Positions 40,801-51,720 of a stretch of 64,000 bases of DNA are shown in pieces; position 1 is the stretch's first letter, and each line of letters starts with the position of its first letter. The notes beneath the pieces are model-generated. The model was given only the letters and a program-made list of their open reading frames with translations, was not told where the DNA came from and ran no database searches. This DNA comes from Octopus bimaculoides (taxonomy: Eukaryota), in the NCBI RefSeq assembly GCF_001194135.2, contig NC_068993.1:52903744-52967743 (forward strand), read 5' to 3'. Made by a program: the position numbers and the translations under genes.

Positions 40801-41924
40801 CATGATCCCTTTAGCATTTAAACTGGCCTTATCCAGCGCAATATTTTCTACCTGTTTTATGTTCAAAATGACCAGATCTGGCCTCTCACACCTACATAAC
40901 AATGTCATTCAAAACATAAACGATCACACCATCAAAATCTCAAAACTCTGAGATAATGCATGATTAATTCAAATCAATGTGAATGAATATGTATTACATT
41001 TGACAGAGTAATCTGAATGCGGAAGGGTTAAAGAAATGACAATGGGTTTTAACAAGTGATGAGACAATGTGTTAAGAAGACCGATACAATCCATGCAAGC
41101 ATGAAGAAGAGAAGAGGGGGTGAAGGGGGAGGTTCTGATAAGCAAAATTATAATTAGTTAGCTGTTCAATAAAGTGTTACGGAATAGGAGTGTTTTCATG
41201 ATCAACTGTACAGGAAACATATTGACAAAGAGTGATATTACAGAAAAACAAACAAAACTATACTAATTATATCACAAATTAAGGAGTAGAACATTGGTAT
41301 ATTTCCTGCTAGAGCTAGATCATATCTTCCTTTCCTTATACAATATGCTTTGACAGAGAGTAACGATAATAACAAGATTGTTTTGATTTGTTTTGTAACC
41401 AGTGAGACTAGTAAGTGTAAACTTCCTTAATGATTTTCAAGAACAATAAGTTACAATAAATAAAATACAATAAACTAGGTTTCACATACCCTAAATGAAA
41501 AAAATTATTTATCTTTTCTGTGAGATTAAGAATCTAGATATGGTTACACAACAATTGAGACAATAGAGACTATGACAGGGAAACAATAATGTTAAATTAT
41601 ATAAAAAAAAAAGGAAATTAAAAAATAACATCATCCTCATCTAATGTCCATTCTCCATGCTGGCATGGGTTGGACAGTTTGACTGGAGCTGGCAAGCCAG
41701 AGGGCTGCACCAGGCCCCAGTCATCTATTCTGGCATGGTCTCTCAATGGCTAGATGCCCATCCTAACACCAACCACTTTACAGTGTACTGGGTGCTTTTA
41801 TGTGGCACTGGTATGGTTGCTTTTTATGTGGCACCAACGTTGGTGCTTTTTACACGGCACCAGTATGGGCTTGGCATCCCTTTTCTGACCATATTCCTGT
41901 TGAAATATACTGAAAATTATCATT

Positions 41925-42280
41925 TATCTTTTACCTTGTTTCGGTCATTAAAGTGCAGCCATGCTAGGGCACCACATTTGATAAATCTTCAGCCAAACTA
42001 ATCGACCCCAGTACTCATTTTCTTTTTAAGCCGGGTACTTATTCTATCGGTCTCTTTAGCTGAACTGCTAAGTCACAAGGATATAAACACTCCAACACTG
42101 GTCAACAAGCAGTGGTGGGAGACAAACACAGACACAAAGACATACACACACACGTGACAGGCTTCTTTTAGTTTCTGCGAACCAAATCCATTCACAAGGC
42201 TTGGGTTGGCTCAAGGCTATAGTAGAAGACACTTGCTGAAGATGCTATGCAGTGGGACTAAACTTGAAACCATGTGGTAA
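41925..42280 (-). mobile_element. SINE family A, full-length copy
   Basis: Same head, core and tail as the other family-A copies. Confidence 0.8.
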
Positions 42281-42820
42281 GAAGTGAAATAACTTTGTCA
42301 TTATTCAAGAGTGGTGTTAGGCAGATTGGTATCAAAACAGATAGTTTGAAAAAATTTCATCAATACTTTGATTAAGTTTTCCTATAAAGCTAAAAGTAAT
42401 CTGTTAGAGCTTACCATTGAATTTAACTAGAAACTTGTATGAATAGATGTTTGCATAAAGTCACTCATTTTTCATATTGACTAACATTGATGCAATGTAC
42501 AAAAATAGCACCTACTGTTGAAACTTAGTCAAATATGTGTGTGTGTGTGCATGTGTGCACGCACACGCATGCGTAACCACCACCTACACACATAAATACA
42601 ATCACATCCTTTAACAAAGATATTTTAGGTTGCACACACATTAATGTAGGACACTGACATCCTCACTCCCTTTCCCGAATGAATTTCCTCCACTTATCCA
42701 CATATTTTCAGAAGAAAAAAAAAAAAACTTCACAAAGTGCAATAATTGGTACTGCTTTTGATCCTTCCATAAGAAAAGAACAATTTTATGTCTCTGAAAT
42801 CTAAAAAACAACCTTTCATG

Positions 42821-42853
<33 letters not shown>

Positions 42854-43859
42854 TCTCTGTGAGAGAGAGAGAGTCATTTAAAAAAAAAAACTTAAATATT
42901 TAAAGTTTTTTTTATAAAAATTGACTCTCAATGTTTTGAAACATTATGTTGAGATATTTTAAACAAATATATAAACTATATATTTTTGTTTCGTAGAATG
43001 ATACATTAAGGAACTTTTTTATGAGTACCAGTGGGTTAGTTGGATCCATATATTGTGACTTAGATTTACAAGATATCATCATTTTATTTCAGCACTATGA
43101 TGAGAAAAGAAGCATATTCCATTTAATTTTATTCATTTACTGGTTTCACTTGTTGAAATATGGCCCTGCTGGTCACCTCTATCAATTGTAATACAGGCAT
43201 GGTATTTGATAGATTAGAAAGTTTGAGGCTGCTGTCATCATCTGCATTTTCTGTAGTGACAGAATTTTATCTGTAATTTTATTATACACCATAATGCCCA
43301 ATGTGTTGATTGAATATGTTGACATACGTTTCACACATATCCTTTAGAGCTTTAAGGATACTGAATAGTTGTAGTTCTCTGAAACCTAAATTATTGCCAT
43401 CCTTTGCTTTTAACAAATAGGGAAAAGGTGAAAATTTTTATACTGTGTAGCAGCACCCTGTTCTAGGATTAGCAAAAATTCCAATGCCAAAGTTTAGTAC
43501 TGGACTCTTTATGTTGTTTTATATAGAAATTACAGCATATCTTTCCATTCTTCATATTTAGGGATCAGAATCTTAACACTTTTTTATAACATCCTGTCTG
43601 AGATTGTTCCTGGTTTTATCTTTACAAAACTATTTTTAATTAATATGAGATGGCAGAATCATTCACACACTGGGCAAAATGCTCAGCAGCGTTTCATCCA
43701 TCTTTACATTCTGAGTTCATCTGCCAAGGTCAACTGTGCTTTCAACTTTCAGGGTTAATAAAGTAAGTACCAGTTGAGAACTAGGGTTGATGTAATTGAC
43801 ATATCCCATGCCTTGAAATTGCAGGCATTGCACCAAAATTTAAAATCAAAATAGGTAAT

Positions 43860-44085
43860 GGTGCCACGTAAAAGGCATGAGTGCCACATAAGAGTGTCCG
43901 TGCCAGCGCTGCATAGAAGCACCCAGTACACTCTGTAAAGTGGTTGGTTAGGAAGGACATCCAGCCGTAGAAACCATGCCGAAACAGACATGGAGACCGG
44001 GCAGCTCTTCAGCTGGCCAGCTCCTGTCAAACCATCCAACCAATGCGAGTATGGAAAACAGACATTAAATGATGATGATGATGAA
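43860..44085 (+). mobile_element. Older RTE-tail-derived repeat
   Basis: Carries AGGAAGGACATCCAGCCGTAGAAACC...CCATCCAACCAATGC...(GAT)n. Related diverged copies at ~30720-30925(+), 31415-31555(+), 41630-41880(-), 53225-53402(+), 53834-54000(-) and 54795-54940(-). Confidence 0.75.
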
Positions 44086-45335
44086 AATAAAAGAAGAGAA
44101 CAATCAAAAAAAGAATTGGAAGCACATTGCGACCAGTAAAATATGACAGTGATATTTAAATTAAAACACTCATTCTAATTTTATGTAAGAACTTTTTGTT
44201 AATTCATATTCAAAACACTACCTGAATATATCAATAAATTTGAAAGTCAATTATTTTATTGAATTCCATCAAATTTTTGATCTTTTCAAAATCATTTGAA
44301 ACATGTATAGACGGCATACTTCATTAGAACTAGTCAGAAACGTTTAGCAAATTCATTCTCTTCCTCAAGTAATCCAACTGATCCATGGAAGCAATCATGC
44401 TTGTGTTGGACCTTTGGATTACTTCCAAAAGACAAAAAAGAAATTATTTCTTTTTTTCCCCAATAGTAGTAGTAGTATATTCCAACAAGCTGAGACATAT
44501 CAAAACTATTAAAGTATTTCAATCTAGGAGAAATTGATGTCAAAGTGCTAAAAATAAACAAATCTAACAAGAAATCAGCACTCAGTCTTTTCAATAAGAG
44601 TGTCAATTGAGAATAGTTAGCAAAGTGGAAAATAACATGCCTTTGTTCTATACAGTTAAGGAGGGCCATTTCAATTAAATTGTTGGGAAGACAAACTGAA
44701 ACCATAAACACGCTATATGTGTATGTAACTTAAGTAAGGTATTTTAGGCTGAGCAAGTAAAATCTGAAAAGAATGGTACAGATATCAGGTTCACATTTGC
44801 TGAAATATAGAAATGACATTCAGAGAAAAATATCTTTCAGATAACCAATCACTTGGGAACAATTATTCCAAAAGCTACCACACTCACAGACACATCCATT
44901 GCCTTATCTTCAGCTACAGATCAACTTTCTGATATACCCAAGTCAAGGACTCTATACAAGAACTGATACCTTTATACACACACACATACACACACTCCAT
45001 ATATGTATGTGCTTGTGGTAGTTTTCACAAAGATTCACATACTTATCACACACAAACATGAAAGGCAGCAAAAAATGTGATTGTTCTGTAAAAGGAATTA
45101 CAATAAGAGTTAGATTATTTTGATTAGAATTTCCTAAAGTTTTTTTCATTTTCAATAAATATACAAGTAATAATTCATTAAAAAACTATATCTGTTAAAT
45201 ATAATTTTTATTGAGTTTGCTTTGCAACCACACAGTTTTAAGTTCAGTCCCACTGCGCAATACCTTGGGCAAGTGCCTTCTACTTTAAGTACTGGGCTAA
45301 CCAATGTGTTATGAACCAGTCTGTAAGATAGAAAC

Positions 45336-45375
<40 letters not shown>

Positions 45376-46684
45376 GGACTGTCAACCACATGACAACTCA
45401 TGTAGATTTCTTAACATACCTCAGTCACTTAGCAGTTCAGCAAAAAGATGCTAATAAAATAAATAGCAGACTCAAAAATAAGTACTGATTTGTTGATTAG
45501 TTCAACTAAATCTTGTAGGGGTTGCCTCAGCATGGCTGCAGTCTTCTATCTGAGACAAGTAATGGGATTAAAGAATAACAAGGCTGACTATGTTTGTCAG
45601 TAGCCATCTTGCCAACTAGACAACACAGAAGTGGTCAGAGGATAATATTGCAACAATGTGATGGTTTCACAAGAAATCGACACAATGTGCTGAGCAGCAA
45701 GGGTCATCAGTATTTCAGTAGTGATATGTGATGGAGCTTCTAAAGAAGGTTGGACGCTAAGAAAATGAGAAAGAATTTCTCTTGTCTTTGGGAAGTAATC
45801 CCAAAGCTAAATTACCTCCATAGACCAGACAGACAACTGGGGAAGAGGTCGACATCTTTTAACCCTTTTGTGAGTATATTTTAGAATATCTGAAATAAGC
45901 AGGATTAAGAAATCAATTTAATATCCATCAATATATATATACACCGATAAATGACAGGCTTCTTTCAGTTTCTGTCTACCAAACCTACGGACAAATACCA
46001 GCTAAGCACCGGGAGTGATGCAATCGGCAAGCCCCCTCCCCACAAAATTTCAAGCTCTGTGCTGAAAGTAGAAAGGATTATAAGAAGTAAGAGCTTTGTT
46101 AATACTCTTCCAATAGTAAATTTTACAAGCAGTGATTGCTATGCACTTCTAACATGTATAGAAGAAGAAAAAAAACAAAAAGAACTGCCCTATCTTCTAT
46201 ATTTGTCTGTGTACGTGGGAGAAGTTAAAGTATAACCAGTGAAATCAATGTAACCAATACCAGCATGGAAGAATAGACATTATAACAGCTATAATGTTCT
46301 CAATGAAAATCTCCCTTGACAAAAGAAGTACGATAATATTTCAGATCTGAGATGCAAGGTCAAATCTAAGACAGAATTTTTCTTTTCAGTTTTTTCCTTG
46401 TTTTTTTTTTTAATATTTTATACAAAATAAAGAGCTTTTAAAGAATTCTATTTCTTAACATATTCCATTTGTAAGAGGATATGAAGAAAACTATTCAGTA
46501 AGACTCAAGGGAATATCAATCAAAAGACTAGAGTAATTTCAATCCTACTGAAAGATAAATGAAATATTTAACTAAACAGGGATTGAACTCTGAGAAACCA
46601 GTTTGCCTCCCCCAATACTATTTCTCTTGTCTTATCGAGTCAGACATTAAAACAAGAATATCTAGTGTCATAGCTATATATATC

Positions 46685-47080
46685 TTTTATCTTTTACTTG
46701 TTTCAGTCATTAGACTGCAGCCATACTGGGGCACCACTTTAAGGAATTTTTTTAGTCAAATGAATCCACACCAGTACTATTTTTAAGCCTGATACTTATT
46801 ATTTTAGTCACTTTTGCCAAACCACTAAGTTACAGTGATGTAAACAAACCAACACTGGTTGTCAAGCAGTGATGGGAAACAGAGGGACAAAGACACACAT
46901 AGATTTATATAGATATCTATATCCAACACGAATCTTTCAGTTTCCATCTACCAAACCCACACACAACGCTTTGGCTGGTCCAAGGCTATATTAACAGACA
47001 CTTGTCCAAGATGCCAGACAGTGGAACTGGAACCACGTGGCTGGGAAGTAAATTTCTTACCACATAGCCATGCTGCACCT
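46685..47080 (-). mobile_element. SINE family A, full-length copy
   Basis: Same head, core and tail as the other family-A copies. Confidence 0.8.
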
Positions 47081-47499
47081 CTATGAATGCTTATATTTAA
47101 ATTGAAATGTCATCATAACTCTCATTAGCAGTTGGCGAACACCAACACAGTATACCAATATATAAAGTTACAAATGTTTTATTAAATCACACCAAAGTGT
47201 TGATCATATTGAAAATTAACTGAAATCCATAAGCCAGTAGTCCATCTCTTAAGAAATATAATCATAAAAGGGTTAAGATGAAAGACATTTTTAAAAAGTA
47301 AAAGTAATAGGATAGTTACATAAGAACTGAGTTAATATCGCCACATCACTATCTAAAGTAAAATATATTTCAAACTCAAGACACTTCAAACTTCACAACA
47401 CCAACAAAGCCAAAATCATACATTTTTACTCATTACACCACTTTATTTCATTAAGGACTTAATTTATATAGTACTTAGTTTTAATCTTAGTTCCCCTCC

Positions 47500-47830
47500 C
47501 TTTCCCTATCTGGCATCTGACAACCAGAAATCTCCATTCAGTATTGCTGCAAGCCATGTCATGAACCTGTTGCCAGGCTAGGCCCATGCCTGCTAGGTCC
47601 TTCTCCACATCTTCTACCTTGCCACCAAGAACCCCTCTTTCAGTGGTCTCAATATGGACATGTGTAACACATGACCAAGAATCTTCTGCCATCTCACAAC
47701 AATGGTTTCCCATGAGATATTAAATCCAGCTCCTTTCCATGACATTTTCATTCACAATGTGATCCAGCCAATAAGTTCTTAGAACAATCTTAAGGCAATG
47801 CCTGTAGAAGACAGATTCTACTGATGGATG
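47500..47830 (-). mobile_element. Degenerate LINE 3' relic
   Basis: Minus-strand RWQKILGHVLHM resembles the RTE LRWxGHVLRM motif. Many stops. Confidence 0.55.
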
Positions 47831-48337
47831 TATACAGAGATTGTGTTTTAGTTGATGGAAGAATTGAACCATGTTAAAAGATAACAGAAAATGTTAAAAG
47901 ATAACAGCATGAACAAAATGGAAGGCAGCTAATGGTGTTTCAAAGTTGATGTTAATTGAGGATAGGTTAAGGAGGTCTTGGAATATAAAACTTGTTTCTG
48001 ATACATCGTAATGGGACAAAAGAATACAGAGAAAGCCAAAAGAAAGACCAGGTGCAAAAAAGAAAAAATAAACAAGTATGCAAATCATCTTGGTGACTAG
48101 AAAAAGAATGCAAAATATTTAATGAGTTATTCTGAGAGCCAAAGTAAACAGAACAAGAGCACACAGAGAGCGCAAACCTCTGCCAACGCAACACCAAGGT
48201 CCTCTCAACAATTAATCAGAGATAATTTTTAAAATGAGACTATCTGAAATAAAATCCTTTAATGAATATCATGAGACCTTTTGGTTTTCTCTTAAATTCC
48301 AGTCCTCCTTTAGTAATCCTGTTGTTTTAGATCAATG

Positions 48338-48445
48338 TCATCATCATCATCATCATCATCGTTTAACGTCCGCTTTCCATGCTAGCATGGGTTGGACGAT
48401 TTGACTGAGGACTGGTGAAACCGGATGGCAACACCAGGCTCCAAG
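48338..48445 (-). mobile_element. Severely 5'-truncated RTE tail (young)
   Basis: (CAT)n followed by ~85 bp near-identical to 13410-13495 and to the reverse complement of ~27358-27456. Confidence 0.9.
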
Positions 48446-48849
48446 AATTATTTATATATGTAAGTATACTGTAAAGTATTAAAATATATGTATAATCTCC
48501 TAATATAATAATGAGTGTTGTCTTTCTATACATTTGTGTGTGTATATATAAAATAGAGCCAGAGTGAGAGGTGAAGGTAGAGGAGATAAATGGTAAAGAG
48601 AGCATCGTATGAATGAGAAAGGAAGGGGTGATAGATGAATAATAAAGGAAGGAGTGAAAAAGCCGTTAAACTGCATTTGAAGTATGAGTATATGTGCATG
48701 TGTAAAAGAGAGGCATGTTTGCACGTGCATGTGTGTGTGTGTGTACAATGGAAATGGGATGGTAATGTTCAATGCTGAAAATGTGTGAGTATGTGTGTGT
48801 CTTTGTGTGCGTGTACAAGAGATCTATATGAAACTTTACATATACATGT

Positions 48850-49060
48850 AAGGTAAAGATAATATCAAAAAATAATCCAGAATCATTGTCGGGTACTGGG
48901 TTGATCCCGAAATCTAATCAGTTCGTGCCAGTCACATAACCAAACATCCACGAAAGTTTCATCTGAATCCATCCAGCAGTTCTTGGAATATCTTGTCTAC
49001 AGACAAACAAACAAACACAACTGAAAACAATACCTCCACCTTCGCTAAGGTGGAGGTAAT
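48850..49060 (+). mobile_element. Helentron/HINE-like non-autonomous rolling-circle element
   Basis: Ends ...ACAGACAAACAAACAAACACAACTGAAAACAA followed by a perfect 12-bp hairpin TACCTCCACCTT-CGCT-AAGGTGGAGGTA (49031-49058). This layout is typical of DINE-1/HINE elements. The 5' boundary is uncertain. Confidence 0.65.
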
Positions 49061-49406
49061 AAGTACCAAAGTACCTTACATGTAGGAAGGATTGTTGTAA
49101 AGTAGCATTTGTTTGTTGCTAGGTAACATCAATCAGTTTAGTTAAGTTTAATGATATTTAATGAAAGGTGAACTGGATTTAATTAGTTTATTGTGATTTA
49201 GTTCAGTTGTCTTATTTCATTTGTAAACCTTTGAGAAGTTTTCACATTCTTGATCATATTTGAACTCCAAATAGCTCACCAATCAATCAAGGGAGACACA
49301 ACTTCTCAAAGGTTAATAAATAAAATGAGACTACCATATTAAACTACATCACCATAAACTAGTTTGCTGCATTCAGTCTACCTTTTAAATATATCATAAA
49401 TTAAAG

Positions 49407-49610
49407 TTAACCTCTTAGCATTTAAACCAGCTATATACAGCCCAAATATTCATTTGTTTTATGTTCAAACTGGCCAGATGCGGCCTCCCACATCTACTCT
49501 ACAGTCACATCATTGAAATCTCGCAGCTACAAGATAATGCACAATTAATTCAAAGCAATGAATAAATAAACATTAAATCTGACAGGGTAATTTGAATGCT
49601 AAGAGGTTAA
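49407..49610. mobile_element. piggyBac-type MITE family E
   Basis: TTAACCTCTTAGCATT ... AATGCTAAGAGGTTAA (TTAA included) is a perfect inverted terminus. Copies at 24550-24777, ~29932-30115, ~40807-41031, ~3526-3735 and ~1719-1893 (opposite orientation). Confidence 0.85.
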
Positions 49611-51084
49611 ACAACTGCTGATTAATATAACCTAGTAACAACAAATGTTACCTAACAATAGCAACATGTAAGACACATATTCTAATTATGTTCCTTTGGA
49701 TTTGAAGGAATAAAAAAGAAAAAGGGAAATAGATTAAATAAAGCAGCAATTGTAATGCTTAGAATATTGATTATCAAGTTTTATTTCAAAGATAAATGGA
49801 CTATATTAGTTCCATAGTAACAAGCTAAAAATAAACAACAATAGCTTACTTATTGAATGACAAAGGAGAGACCAGAAAAGAACCCCATTATTGAAACTGC
49901 AGAAAAAGAGAGATATTACAATTGGCATCTCATCTCAGCAGATGAGGAAATTTATGTTCAGCTTCCTTTGGAGTGGTATACAGAGGGAATAAAATGTTAT
50001 AATGTTCATGCTTTCCTTAAACATAAGGAAAAATAAAATGATGTGAACTGAAGAATTTAAACAAGGTTACACTTGATTGAGTGAGAGAGATAGACAGACA
50101 GAGCTCGTTACGATTATAATACAGACAGAACTTGCTACCATTATAATGAATATCTACAAGCCAGCAGCCAAAAACACTGTGGCTATATTATCTTCTTAGA
50201 TAAGAAATATTTACCTTCATTTATCAATTAATGAGTGAACGTTATCTCCTCAGATAAGATAAATTACCTGCCTTAACAAACTTACCATTCATAAGTGTAC
50301 ATCATTTCCTTAGATAAAGCATATTACTTGACTGGATGAATGTACAATTATAACACCAGTGTGCAAAATTCAAATTTACAGAACCACCCAGACCGTGAAA
50401 AAGTGAAACGAGATGAAGCGGGACGTGATGTTTAGATTAGATACATTTTGAGAAAGGAATCTACTCTGACCAGTTAATCTTATGATGAGAGAGTGAACAA
50501 CAAACAATGAATAATGTGTGAGTTAGATGATAGAGTTCTGTGGCAGAGCTCTCTGGCCCACAGCAAAACTAATAACATAAGTATCATAATATATTAAAGT
50601 ATACATTTGTAATTCACTATGTAAGTTATTTTAAAGCGCTAGACTAACTGCTCCAATAATATAGGCTAATCAAAATAATAACAGTAGGAATCAGGTTTAA
50701 GTTGATCATGAAATATGCCACTGTTCATTAGAATATAAGCATCTGAGTGCAATGTTTGTTTACTGTTCTTTTCCTTTAAAAACAGGAAAAGAAAATTACT
50801 GCTCCAAATTAAAAGAAATGTAAATACATAGTTAATGTTAAATACTGGTTTAACTAGTACAAAATAAACTAACAAAATCTACATCATATGTCAAAGTATA
50901 CTTACATGCCCACAATGTGTAGACATCCTTGGACAGCAATGCAAATTATCTTACTTGCTACTGCACTTCTAAATAGATATAATTCTTTGATATCATTCAA
51001 TAAAAAATCCCACACCAAGCAATCATATTTGCCCTTGATCTGTAAACATTGACAATGAAGTCAACACATGTAATGTCAGGGGAA

Positions 51085-51720
51085 GCTCAGCATTCTGCTG
51101 ACCACCAAGTTGAAGGTGTACCAAGTAGTTGTACTGCCTATGCTATTGTACACATGCAAGACTTGGTTGGTTTACGAATTCCATGACAAAATGCTAAACC
51201 ACTTCCACATGAACTGCCTGAGAAAGCTGTTGAAAATCACCTAGCAAGACAAGGTCCAAGACATGGAGGTCATCTCTTGAGCTCATTTGCCAAGCACTTA
51301 CACACTGCTGAGGAGAATACAAGTCAAGTGAGCAGGCCACCTTGTTCAAAAACCTGACGTGTGACTTCCCAAGAAACTGTTGTACAGTGAACTGATGGAT
51401 GGTAAACACAGCAAGGTGGACAGAAAAAGTGCTTCAAGAATACACTCAAAGCCTCACTGAAGAGCTTTGAGATCAACCCCAACATCCAAGATACGCAAGC
51501 ACAAGACTGCCCTGCTTGGCAATGCTACACCAACAGAGGTGCCACCAGAGGCACAAACAAAATGCAAACGGCACAAATCCAGAGCCAACTCCGCACCTTC
51601 ATTCCCAAACCTGCAGCAGAGACTTCCAAGCATGCCTTGAACTGATCAGACACATCGTGCCCTGTCTTCTTCTATGTGGTATCCTTGGCCATCGTCACGA
51701 CAGCCAAACTGCTGATTTTA
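51085..51720 (+). mobile_element. RTE (BovB-like) LINE 3' fragment
   Basis: Reads TKLKVYQVVVLPMLLYTCKTW...HFHMNCLRKLLKIT*QDKV...AGHLV...LPKKLLYSEL. Disrupted. Confidence 0.8.

Noticed and set aside
42408-42420. Alternative ATG|GTAAG candidates for exon 1 (also 50281-50290)
   Set aside because: No promoter motifs or CpG enrichment nearby, unlike 63768-63880. Not formally excluded without RNA data.
47871-47907. 17-bp direct repeat with period 20
   Set aside because: A simple local slippage duplication.
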